DNA of 64,000 nt, taken from positions 1,501-65,500 of the IMG/VR virus record IMGVR_UViG_3300013102_000008. One strand, 5' to 3'. This DNA comes from a virus. Taxonomy: Duplodnaviria; Caudoviricetes. Below, in pieces: positions 1-9,164 of the stretch; the stretch's first letter is position 1, and every line of letters begins with the position of its first letter. A program made the position numbers and the translations under genes. The notes beneath the pieces were generated by a model. That model searched no databases and was not told the DNA's origin. It worked only from the letters and a program-made list of their open reading frames with translations.

Positions 1-84
1 GATGTCTGCGGATTTAATATACGTAATCTGTTTCATAACGGATTTAAACTGACTAACTCCGCTACCTTCAATTAGTTCCGCCAC
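1..84 (-). CDS. N-terminal part of XkdR-like (DUF2577) baseplate protein, truncated by window edge
   Basis: GTG at 84 directly after the upstream TAA, GGAGGT RBS; open frame MAELIEGSGVSQFKSVMKQ; synteny after XkdQ-like gene. Confidence 0.55.
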   Translation of the reverse strand, partial: MAELIEGSGVSQFKSVMKQITYIKSADI

Positions 85-1206
85 TTAACCACCTCCGCTA
101 ATTTGCGATAATAGTTTATCAACGGATGTCTCCGCCTTTTTCTTCGTAGCCGGTTTCTTCGTTGTCTTTTTCTTCGCTACCTTCTTCGCGGCTTTTGCCT
201 TCTCGAATTGTTCCGTATCCTCATACGCAAGCTTCGGTAAGTCATCCGTTTTCGATAGCGTTACATTCATACGGTGATTACCGTTTTCGAACGTGTGTGT
301 ATCGGCGTTAACGTAGAATCCTCCGACTAATCGCGTCATTGATTCGAACGCGTAGACGGCTGATCCTGCGACTACTTCCGTTATACCGAGCGCTTCGACC
401 GACACATCCTCCGTAATCTTACCGAGTTCCTTTAACCGTTCCTTCGCGAGTTGTTCAATCGCGGATTTCGTTAACCGCGAGTCCGCAGATTCTACGTGTT
501 GCATAAGTCCGTATTGCTTCGCGAGTGCCACGTTCTTTGCGACGGATATAACAGGCTTGTCTTCGTTGTCTCCGCCGATTGCCTTAACGGACGTGCGCAT
601 CTCTTCGATAGATTGCGAACGACTCGCGGTAATTATATTAACGCCATCTTCGAGCATCCAACGGACGATATCATCTTTCTTTTCGCGGAGATATAGCGAA
701 CCACCACGCGAGTATGCGTAGAACTTACGTCCAGTTTGCGCGCGCGTCTCGGTCAATGCGGTGACTATCATATCCCATAGCGTCATATTTTTCAGTATGA
801 GACGCGGTATAATGTAGCCCGTATTCGCGATAGTTCCCGTAGGTACCTCGTATGCCTTCGCGACTTCCTTTACGATAGCGCCCGCGGTCATCTTCACGAA
901 TTTCCGCGTATCTACATTCTTTGTCAGATACACGTTTTCGTCATGCGCGACCACCGTTGCGTCTCCGTTCTGCGCGATTGTATACGTAAATATGACTCCG
1001 CGAAATATCCCGACATTATCAACGTAGAACCGGATTTCCTTACCGAGTTCGAACGATACCGCGTCATCTTCGCCATTCAGCGTATTGGAGAGTGATAACG
1101 TTAATGTGCGATGCGGTTGCGCTACGTCACCGGACCACTCCGCAGATTTAACGAAGTCCTCCACCCAATACGCGCCATTGTAAAGTACCGTAAAATTAAC
1201 GGACAT
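85..1206 (-). CDS. XkdQ/YqbQ-like baseplate hub protein
   Basis: 373 aa; WSGD...RTL, AKQYGLMQ and 'DTHTFENGNHRMNVTL' motifs; follows LysM gene as in PBSX. Confidence 0.8.
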   Translation of the reverse strand: MSVNFTVLYNGAYWVEDFVKSAEWSGDVAQPHRTLTLSLSNTLNGEDDAVSFELGKEIRFYVDNVGIFRGVIFTYTIAQNGDATVVAHDENVYLTKNVDTRKFVKMTAGAIVKEVAKAYEVPTGTIANTGYIIPRLILKNMTLWDMIVTALTETRAQTGRKFYAYSRGGSLYLREKKDDIVRWMLEDGVNIITASRSQSIEEMRTSVKAIGGDNEDKPVISVAKNVALAKQYGLMQHVESADSRLTKSAIEQLAKERLKELGKITEDVSVEALGITEVVAGSAVYAFESMTRLVGGFYVNADTHTFENGNHRMNVTLSKTDDLPKLAYEDTEQFEKAKAAKKVAKKKTTKKPATKKKAETSVDKLLSQISGGG

Positions 1207-1886
1207 TACGGAATCACCAACTTAACGCCGAGTTTCAGCGTATTGGGATTAGCGCCAATTACCGTCTTATTCGCGTTGTATATCTTCCGCCAATCATCGC
1301 CGCGTCCGTATACTTCCGCTTTCGCCGCTATCTTAAATAGCGAGTCACCGGATTTAACCGTGTATGACGCGATCTTATTAACCGTTGACGGACGCTGAGC
1401 CGACGTCTGTAGCTTCGGCATAGTTACCGATGCGCTTCCGGATACTGGCGCTGACTTCTTAGTGGCCGCGATAAACACGTGTTCCTTCATTTGTAACGTA
1501 AAGTAAACATCGCCCGGCTCACCGCCGCGTTCTTCGTATTCAAAACTACGAATAGTCACCGCAAGATTAACGGATGATCCCGTCATAATAAAGCGGATCG
1601 GCTTGCCCGACCGTTGCCAACCTTCGACGAGTGCCGCAGTCTCCCACGGATCTCGTAGATTAGCGTAATTACAATATGACGGATGATAATCGCGTGGGAA
1701 AAAAGAGGATATCGAAATCTCCTTTAACCGGTTATTACCGAGTAACGTATACTCTCCGATATTGGACACCTCGATATCCTCGTAACCGTGCGTAGAGGAG
1801 ACGGATATGGAATCGGGATTAACCGGTAACCACAGCACCTCCGCGCCGTTATTAAACTTGAGCCAAAACTGCGTAGTGTTCGCCAC
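1206..1886 (-). CDS. XkdP-like LysM-domain tail tube initiator
   Basis: N-terminal LPVNP, SSFFP; C-terminal LysM (YTVKSGDSLFKIA...IYNANK..IGANPN.L). Confidence 0.85.
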   Translation of the reverse strand: MANTTQFWLKFNNGAEVLWLPVNPDSISVSSTHGYEDIEVSNIGEYTLLGNNRLKEISISSFFPRDYHPSYCNYANLRDPWETAALVEGWQRSGKPIRFIMTGSSVNLAVTIRSFEYEERGGEPGDVYFTLQMKEHVFIAATKKSAPVSGSASVTMPKLQTSAQRPSTVNKIASYTVKSGDSLFKIAAKAEVYGRGDDWRKIYNANKTVIGANPNTLKLGVKLVIP

Positions 1887-1899
1887 TATTCCGCCTCCT

Positions 1900-4800
1900 T
1901 TACGTTGCCATTAATCGCGCCAATTGTCCGGCTACCTTCTGAATATCCGCTTCCTCGCGTATGTGGAACGTGTTACCGGTGAAAACGACCTGACCGCTGT
2001 TACCTCCGCCATTATTACGGTAATCCTTCGCTTCCTCACGGGGAAGTACCGCTTCACCGGAGTGTAACCGAGCAGGATAGTTATTGTATGGTACGTTGTC
2101 GATACCACCGGATTTACCGAGCGCTCTATACGAGAACGCTGAACTCGGAAGCTTATTTCCGGAGATTATATCGGTGGGAGATTTATATGGTGATCCGCCT
2201 TTAGCGGAAGGACCTGTAGAGGGTGCATTTGCTTCTTTATATTCCTTCGCAAAGGAAAGAGAGGCACCATCTTTACCGAGTACTGTTTGAAGGGTCTTTA
2301 CAGAAAAGATACCTTCCAGTATTCCTTCGCCAATTGCCGCACCCATTTTAATCGCGGCAGCAATTAAAGGTTGTGACGCCTGCATACCGGTCGCGAGCAT
2401 ATCAATAGCGGACTTAGCTATCGCAGATATCTTCGCGCTTCCGCCACCCGAAAGCCACTCGTTAAACGTCTTCATAATATCCTCAAATACGAAGCTAATT
2501 TTACTCTTCATATCCGGAAGTTTCTGAAACGCCGGATTATTCGTAAAGTGCTTATCGAGGTAACCGGAAGCTTTCGTAACCATACGCTCCATCGCCGCGG
2601 TAATCTGCGGACTATAGTCTTGAATTAGTTTACCAATACTCTCAGCGAATCGCGTAATCAATGGCATCGTCGGAAGCAACGCAGATATTTGTAACGTCTC
2701 CAACGCACCTCTAAGTTGTTCCACCGCGCCGCCCGCGCCTTCCATTTTCTTCTTAGCGACAGCTAACGCAGTAGTATTCGCCATTTCCCGATTAAACTTC
2801 GTTATTCCCTCTTCGCCTTCTTCGTAAAGGATATTCGCGGCTCTAATTGCGTCCGTACCGAACATCATCTTCAAGGTTAACTGGCGTTGTGCATTCGTCA
2901 TCTTGCTGAGTTTCGTGCGGAGGACTCCGGCAATACTAGACATGTCCTTAATGTTACCTGCGGAATCGTAGAATGCGTTGTTCATTCCATTAGTAGTAAA
3001 TCCGAGTCCATCGAATAACGCTCTCTGCGTTTTAGTAATCGGCTGCAACGTTAGTAACATCTGCTTAAGTGACGTACCTGCGTCTGACGATTTGAGTCCG
3101 TTGTTAGCGAACACACCGAGCGCTAGGTTCGTATCTTTAAATGATAGCCCACTACCCGCCGCCACCGCAGATACTTGCGCCAAGCTTTCCGCTAATTCGC
3201 TAACTCCAGTTGCGGAGGCGTTCGCTGTTCCCGCGAGTATATCCGCTGCTTGTGATGCGCCCATGCCGTCCTTCTTAAACGCGTTAAGCGCCGTAGACAT
3301 AATAACCGCGGATTCCTCTAAGCCAAGTCCGCCCGCTGTCGCAAGGTCAAGCGCTGCTCCGAGTGCGCCGGCTTCTACTTGCGCCGGTTTAAGTCCCGCC
3401 TTGAGAAGTTCCTCTATCGCTTTTCCAGCTTCTAATGCATTATCAGATTGTTACCGTAAAGGCTCTTTATCCTCTACTTCCGGGGCTTTCGCCGCATAAT
3501 AGTATGTCAGTTCATACTCGGCTCAGACTATATCTTCACCCTCGACATTGCTCGGTCGGGTGCGATGCGCTCGTGGGAATTTTGACTGTTCTAGTCTACT
3601 TTTCCTAGTCGTTACACCTTCCATATATTCCTATATGGCTTGGCTCGGTATTAGCATGTTTTTGGCGTAAAAAAAAATAAGCGTTTGTCACGCGCTTATT
3701 TCTAAAAAGTATTCAGTTAGCTGTTCTTCATTATTTTTAGTATATCCGTATATATCATGAAATTCCTTATGGCATATAGCGCATAATGTAGTTCCATTAT
3801 CTACGCATGTACGTAATTCTTCGTATTCTGAGTAATTATATATGTGGTGAGCAATCAAGTTTCCCCCTTGATTATTTCCACAACATTTACATTCGAAGTT
3901 ATCGCGTGTAAATACTTGTACTCGCCAATCCCTATAAGCAGGATACGACCTCTCAGAAATTCGTTCCTCATCACTTTTATTTGGGTCCCACCTTGCATGA
4001 TTAGAACCAACATATATTTCTGATCTTAACTGAGCCGCACACATTGATGAACAACATGGATTTGTCTTTACCTTCTGTTGGCTAGGCGTAGAGTGAAATA
4101 ACTTTCCACAATATGTGCAGTCTATAAAATTACTCAACTTGACTTGTCCCATATCTGAACGACTCTGAATAAGATAACATGAGTGTGAACAAAAGACTCT
4201 GTCACTTTTTATTTCTGATTGTTTCCTCTTAAATTCGATTCCACAAGTAATGCACTTACATATAATGGGCGGCTTATACTTGCTATTATCTTCCCCAATA
4301 AAAAATTTACCAAAGTTAGCTCGAAAGCACTCTTTAGTACAAAAGTGGTATTTATGCTTACTGAGCCTGTATGGTTGAATTTTTATATCTATGCCGCACC
4401 CACTACATAGTGCATCCACTCGATTGTAGTTTGGGTTTCCATCACCTAACATTAGTATCTTTTTATGTTTTGTTCTACATTCTCGGTTGCAGTACAAATT
4501 GATAAATTTAAGCACTTTAGACGGTATTGTATATACGTCCTTTTCACAATAAGCACAATTTACCTTTACTTTTATGCGTCGAGATTCACTAAAACAGGTA
4601 GCACTACAAAACTTAGTATTTTTCTTCGCGTTGAAAAACTCTTTGTTACAAACTTTACACGTTAAAAGATTCTGCTTAGCCCTATTAGCTAATCTACATT
4701 TACGGCAAGTATTCTCGAATCCATCACGTACGCTCTTACTTGGGGAAAAGCAAGAGATATCCAATTCTAATTTACACGATCTACATTCTTTATTCAAATT

Positions 4801-5436
4801 AAACACCCTCTGCAGTGGTTTCTCTGAGTATAATTGTGGAAAGCGCGATCAGAGTGCCGCGTTTGTCGTTTAGGCTCATGACTTCCTAAACTATTCCACA
4901 ATGACAGTATAGCATATAACTCGCCAAAAATTTAGCCTTCACCGAATTCACATCGTTATTTTTTCCGCAGATTACGCCGCGGTGAAGCATCTTCCATACT
5001 TCGTACGCGCACCTTCGAACAACGCGAGATTCTGCATCCGTTTCATCTCGTTAGCCGTCGCGCCCGTTAGCGCCTCAATCGATAGCATCTGCGCTTCGAA
5101 ATCCATCGCTTTCGTAACGGAGTCGCCGAGAAAGTCCGTAGCCATACGCGCCATATTGCCGATTCCGTTTATTGCCGCGTTACCTATTCCGAAGCCAAGT
5201 CCGCCGGCGAACGCGCCTTTCATACTACCGAATAGTGACTTCGATTGTTTTAACTCGCGGTTCATCTTCTCCGTATCATTTATGAACTTCCCCTGCGCGT
5301 TGCGGAGCCTTCCGGTAGAGTCGCGATAGTTATCCGTTGCCTTGCGTACGGCGTCCGTCTGCCTCGCTATCTTTTCTAGCGTACGAGAGGCTCCGTCATC
5401 CTTTATTCGTATCTTCCCTTGCAAGTCGAAGGACAT
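1900..5436 (-). CDS. Tail tape measure protein (TP901 core), spliced from exon1 5436-4998 and exon2 3443-1900, 660 aa
   Basis: Joining exons restores the frame and a typical TMP motif ..GARTK-Y-NALEAGKAIEELLKAG..; exon2 has ADILAGTANASAT and LKSSDAGTSLKQML. Confidence 0.9.
3444..4997 (-). ncRNA. Group I (IA-like) self-splicing intron, 1554 nt, carrying an HNH ORF
   Basis: P1 GAAGU/GCUUC with U.G at the 5' splice site; P 4934-4949; Q 3638-3652 (AAUACCGAGCCAAGC); R 3606-3621 (GAAGGUGUAACGACUA); S 3523-3537 (GAAGAUAUAGUCUGA); P3 4949-4955/3563-3569; terminal G at 3444. Confidence 0.92.
3688..4806 (-). CDS. Intron-encoded HNH homing endonuclease with multiple Zn-finger repeats
   Basis: Repeated CxxC..FCSxxC motifs; C-terminal RDNFECKCCG...AHHI...NGTTLCAICHKEFH; AT-rich. 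Confidence 0.9.
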   Translation of the reverse strand: MFNLNKECRSCKLELDISCFSPSKSVRDGFENTCRKCRLANRAKQNLLTCKVCNKEFFNAKKNTKFCSATCFSESRRIKVKVNCAYCEKDVYTIPSKVLKFINLYCNRECRTKHKKILMLGDGNPNYNRVDALCSGCGIDIKIQPYRLSKHKYHFCTKECFRANFGKFFIGEDNSKYKPPIICKCITCGIEFKRKQSEIKSDRVFCSHSCYLIQSRSDMGQVKLSNFIDCTYCGKLFHSTPSQQKVKTNPCCSSMCAAQLRSEIYVGSNHARWDPNKSDEERISERSYPAYRDWRVQVFTRDNFECKCCGNNQGGNLIAHHIYNYSEYEELRTCVDNGTTLCAICHKEFHDIYGYTKNNEEQLTEYFLEISA

Positions 5437-5632
5437 TAGCTTTTCCCCTTTCCCGCGCTAACTCTTCGTCTTTGGCGCGTTTTAACTCCGGTTCTAACTC
5501 GAGTAACATCGACGCATACATAAAACATTGCTGCGATTTGTCTTTCGCGTATACTTCATCCGGTGCGATGTGATGACGTTGGAATATCTCGTGTAGTAGA
5601 TACGGAATCCCACCGGACAGTATTAGTTTTTT
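5396..5632 (-). CDS. -1 frameshift extension of tail assembly chaperone (G-T type)
   Basis: Slippery heptamer A AAA AAC (5632-5626) just before TAA; -1 frame open (KLILSGGIPYLLHEIFQRHHIAPDEVY...FMYASMLLELE) to TGA at 5396. Confidence 0.75.
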   Translation of the reverse strand, partial: KKLILSGGIPYLLHEIFQRHHIAPDEVYAKDKSQQCFMYASMLLELEPELKRAKDEELARERGKANVLRLAREDTNKG

Positions 5633-6024
5633 GCGTCTTCAATTAACTCCTCTTCGTTACCAAATCCGGACGCGTTAAGTACCGCTTGTACGACTTTTCC
5701 GACTTCACCGGGAAGTAGCGCCTTCGTCACGCAATCCGCCTCGTCCGATGCACCATAATGTTGAATCAACGCCTTATTTGCGAAGTCAGGTTCCACGCAA
5801 CCTTTCGCGATGAACAACGCATTCAATAACGCATCATCAATTTTCTTCTCGCCACGAGCGTTCGGTATCGTTGCCCGTTCGTTAATCCTGCGTAACTCTT
5901 CGCTTGTCAACGCCTTAACCGTAAAATGCGTCTTCAATCGCGGAATATATACCGTGTCCTGTACGTCGAGTGAAGCGCCGAGTAACGCTTCTAAACCCCT
6001 ACCGCCTGTTTTTACCGTTGCCAT
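5623..6024 (-). CDS. XkdN-like tail assembly chaperone
   Basis: GCVEPDF, LLPGEV, SGF...EDAKN motifs; lies between tube and tape measure genes. Confidence 0.85.
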   Translation of the reverse strand: MATVKTGGRGLEALLGASLDVQDTVYIPRLKTHFTVKALTSEELRRINERATIPNARGEKKIDDALLNALFIAKGCVEPDFANKALIQHYGASDEADCVTKALLPGEVGKVVQAVLNASGFGNEEELIEDAKN

Positions 6025-6056
6025 CTATAATCATCCTCCGTTATTTTCATAGTTAA

Positions 6057-6090
6057 ATAAGCGGACCACCCGAAGGAAGCCCGCTATTAT
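6057..6090 (-). terminator. Probable intrinsic terminator after tail tube gene
   Basis: AGCGGGCTTCC-TTCG-GGTGGTCCGCT hairpin followed by TATTT. Confidence 0.5.
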
Positions 6091-6109
6091 TTCGTTTCTA
6101 TTGCGTTGA

Positions 6110-6553
6110 TTATGCGCGGATTGCGTCGAGGATTTCGTAACCGGAGAATACAAACGTAAACTCCTGCTCGACAATCGATCCGACTTCGAAGTTAACAACC
6201 GGAATGTTATCGAACGTTACGTTTTTCAATCGTACGCGATACGTACCGAGTGCTTCCGGATCTTCTAGTTTAACGATGAGTTCCGTTACGAACGGCGAAC
6301 TAATATCGTCCGTTACCTGCGCCATCTTCTCGATCCATTCCGATGTGACCATGTAACCGCCGATTGTACCGGAGCCTTTCAGCGTAGTTGTTTTATTACC
6401 TAACCACCGTGTTCCGGCGAGTTTAATTTCTTCCATTCCGATTTCAATATTTGCTTCAACTTTCGTGGTATTCGTTAACCAGTTTCCGTCGAGGTCGTAC
6501 AGAAATCCGAAGTTACCGGAGATTACGTTTTTTGCGTCCATTGGACCTGCCAT
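6110..6553 (-). CDS. XkdM-like tail tube protein
   Basis: VISGNFG, KGSGTI, KLEDPEALG..RVRLKNVTFD, EFTFVFS motifs. Confidence 0.9.
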   Translation of the reverse strand: MAGPMDAKNVISGNFGFLYDLDGNWLTNTTKVEANIEIGMEEIKLAGTRWLGNKTTTLKGSGTIGGYMVTSEWIEKMAQVTDDISSPFVTELIVKLEDPEALGTYRVRLKNVTFDNIPVVNFEVGSIVEQEFTFVFSGYEILDAIRA

Positions 6554-6566
6554 TATCTCACCGCCC

Positions 6567-7613
6567 TTATATGTTAATTGTTAAGAAGATTCGTTCGATA
6601 CTATCGACTTCCACGTAACTGACCGTTAAGTAAACGGAATCACCAGTGGAGATATACGCGGGATCAAGCGCTACGTAAGGACTCGTTAATACTCCGGCAA
6701 CTTCCATCGTTTCGAGATACGCCTTAATCGCGACAATTAACGTTGCTTGTCCGTCAGCGTTGTTGTTTAATTTACCGATGTAGCTATCGTTAGCTGTGCG
6801 TGCGATATCCGTTGCAATCGCTTGACGTGCGCGAATAGAGCGGATTTTCTTACCGCTTGTTACGATACCTTGTTCGACTACGACCTTTTCACCGTCGTTA
6901 AATAACACGAGTGATCCCGCAAGCAACGCTACCTCGACCTGCGAATTAGTCATCCGCTTAGTCACGTCTTCGAGCGTTGTCGTATGTCGCGTAATCGACT
7001 GGTTAATAGCGGTACCTGCAATATCTCCGGCAATGTACGCCGCGTATTCGGACGAGTTGTACGACAATACTCCGATAACTCCGCCACTTACTACGTTTAC
7101 GATATAATCATCGTCGTTGAGTATCGAGCGTGTATCTCCGGTAGCTGGCGTTAAGTCCGTCGTATCGTCACCGCCGATAACTACTACGAAGTGTTTACCT
7201 TCTACGCGATTACGGATAACCCACGTCTTAGTCGCCGCCTGTTCCGTAGTACTGTACTCGCCATCGTAAACAAACACGTTAAACGCGCGCGCCTCGAATG
7301 CCTCACGCATAGCGATATAATCCTCCGCTAACGGCGTAGTCGGCATCGTGTATACGAGTACCTCTTTTGCTCCGCCTTGTAGCACGAGTAGTATCGAGGA
7401 GATATTCGCGAGACCGAATAAATCTACCGCCGCTTTCTCGGAATCGACCGTGTAGAACGTTTCTGCTGTCGCCGTCACCGCGTAATTCAATAACGGAATG
7501 GCTACGATACCGCGTGCGCCACCTTGAATAGCCGCTATTGCGCGTTCCACGAAGTTAGTATAAATGCCGGGACGCTTAGGTAATGCCGTTGGGTCCCATT
7601 GTGGTGCTGCCAT
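6567..7613 (-). CDS. XkdK-like tail sheath protein (compact)
   Basis: RPGIYTNF, GARGIVAIP, AYIAG, KKIRSIR, YIGKLNNNADG, VDSIERIFLTI motifs. Confidence 0.9.
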   Translation of the reverse strand: MAAPQWDPTALPKRPGIYTNFVERAIAAIQGGARGIVAIPLLNYAVTATAETFYTVDSEKAAVDLFGLANISSILLVLQGGAKEVLVYTMPTTPLAEDYIAMREAFEARAFNVFVYDGEYSTTEQAATKTWVIRNRVEGKHFVVVIGGDDTTDLTPATGDTRSILNDDDYIVNVVSGGVIGVLSYNSSEYAAYIAGDIAGTAINQSITRHTTTLEDVTKRMTNSQVEVALLAGSLVLFNDGEKVVVEQGIVTSGKKIRSIRARQAIATDIARTANDSYIGKLNNNADGQATLIVAIKAYLETMEVAGVLTSPYVALDPAYISTGDSVYLTVSYVEVDSIERIFLTINI

Positions 7614-7635
7614 ATGTCCGCCTCCTTTTGGATAT

Positions 7636-7665
7636 AAAAAGAGCGCCCCATTTCGGAGGCGCCCG
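7636..7665 (-). terminator. Intrinsic terminator upstream of sheath gene
   Basis: GGGCGCCTCC-GAAAT-GGGGCGCTC followed by TTTTT. Confidence 0.6.
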
Positions 7666-8088
7666 TTAAACTCTGCGTACGTTTACGTTGTCAATCTTCG
7701 GATAAACCGTTTGATCACGTGATTCCCTTACGCTCGTATCGAGTATGGCGATAATTGCGTACAGTCCGTTATCCGTTAGTGCCGGTTGTGATACGCTGTA
7801 CGCATTAACACGGATATGTCCGATTAACTCGTCCTGGTATATCGCGCGTCCTAACGCATCCATATCCGCGAGTATTGTATCTGGTCGAACCGTTACATGA
7901 ACGATTTGATATGCGCGATCTACGCGATAGTGATAACGTGTTTCCGTCGTCCTGTCTTCGTCAATCATGCGCACATAAAACGAGTTAACCGCCGGTTGTA
8001 ACGGTACTACTTGCTTACCGGTAATTGCCGTAGGAAACTGCGCTTTTATGAACGCTTCAATCATACCCATATCGCTTATAACGCTCAT
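7666..8088 (-). CDS. Tail terminator/completion protein
   Basis: 140 aa; position immediately before sheath. Confidence 0.6.
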   Translation of the reverse strand: MSVISDMGMIEAFIKAQFPTAITGKQVVPLQPAVNSFYVRMIDEDRTTETRYHYRVDRAYQIVHVTVRPDTILADMDALGRAIYQDELIGHIRVNAYSVSQPALTDNGLYAIIAILDTSVRESRDQTVYPKIDNVNVRRV

Positions 8089-8523
8089 TTACGTCAGCCC
8101 CTTTCGGCTTAACTCCGCTTGTATCGCGTTCTCAATTAGCGCGAACATCTTCGACTCTTTGTTATCCTTCGCTTGCGCTAGAAAGTCGAGTACCGTCCCG
8201 GATTCACGTGCTACCGCGCCTTTACTGCCGGCTACGTTATGCAGGTAATACGCGTAATTAAATCCGCGGTTAAATGCGTTAGCTACGACTGCCCCGTTGA
8301 TCTCTCCACCACTTAACTTAGGTGTAGTATGTTCGATACGTGCGCGTAGGTTACCGCCACGACGTCCCTTATAGCGTCCGATTGGCGCTAGGTTCGTAGC
8401 TTCGAGTTGCCACAGTTCGAGCGCGTCGTCCATTCCGTTAATAGCGCCTTGACTGACTGCATCCGACGCGTCTTCGAGTTTCCTCGCAAACTTACCGATG
8501 TCAAACGTAAACTCTACGGGCAT
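8089..8523 (-). CDS. HK97-gp10-like neck protein
   Basis: NLAP...GNLR and FNYAYYLH motifs; synteny. Confidence 0.7.
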   Translation of the reverse strand: MPVEFTFDIGKFARKLEDASDAVSQGAINGMDDALELWQLEATNLAPIGRYKGRRGGNLRARIEHTTPKLSGGEINGAVVANAFNRGFNYAYYLHNVAGSKGAVARESGTVLDFLAQAKDNKESKMFALIENAIQAELSRKGLT

Positions 8524-9164
8524 TATACGTACACCTCCGTTATTAGCGGAGTACCATCGACTCTACGTTTGATTACGATACGTACCGGAACACGTTCGAC
8601 TACTGCGCCGAGTTCATTCTCATAGCGGACTTTATCGCGGTAAGTAACGTCGACTAAACCTTCGAGTACAATCCGTAACTGTACCGATGTTTCTTCACCG
8701 TATTGATTCGCGACCTTCTGCGCATCCTCGGATACAAACGCAGGATATATAACCGGAGGTAATTCCGCAGGTACGCCCCAACCGTCGTCGACTCCGCTTT
8801 TGATAACGCTAATATGCAGACCGTCCGTAACTGCGAGCATCGCGCGGCATTCGTATCGATTTAATCCGCCGAGTCCTCGTTCATCAACGTCCGTTATGAT
8901 ATAGCGTAGTCCTTTGCGTATGACGCGGATAATTCCACCGGCTTCCGTAGAAGCGTCAAATGTAACCGAGTAATCACCGGAGTCCAGCGTATAGTCTCCG
9001 ACGTTGCGCGCTATTCCTCCGTTTGGTGTCGGGGGTTCTTTCCATATCGCATCGACCGTGAGTAGCGTTCCATCTACGTATTCAACCGTAACCGGCTCGG
9101 TGCGATGCTGTTTAATCCCCGTTCGGTTAGCGTGAATCCACGCTGCGTCTGCGTCTGTTAACAT
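8523..9164 (-). CDS. Head closure / head-tail joining protein (possibly two fused domains)
   Basis: ATG 9164 with GGAGGTG RBS; DDGWG and NQYGEE motifs in the C-terminal half; synteny. Confidence 0.55.
   Translation of the reverse strand: MLTDADAAWIHANRTGIKQHRTEPVTVEYVDGTLLTVDAIWKEPPTPNGGIARNVGDYTLDSGDYSVTFDASTEAGGIIRVIRKGLRYIITDVDERGLGGLNRYECRAMLAVTDGLHISVIKSGVDDGWGVPAELPPVIYPAFVSEDAQKVANQYGEETSVQLRIVLEGLVDVTYRDKVRYENELGAVVERVPVRIVIKRRVDGTPLITEVYV

Noticed and set aside
1900-5436. Tape measure as a pseudogene or two separate genes
   Set aside because: Intron removal restores an exact frame and a conserved motif.
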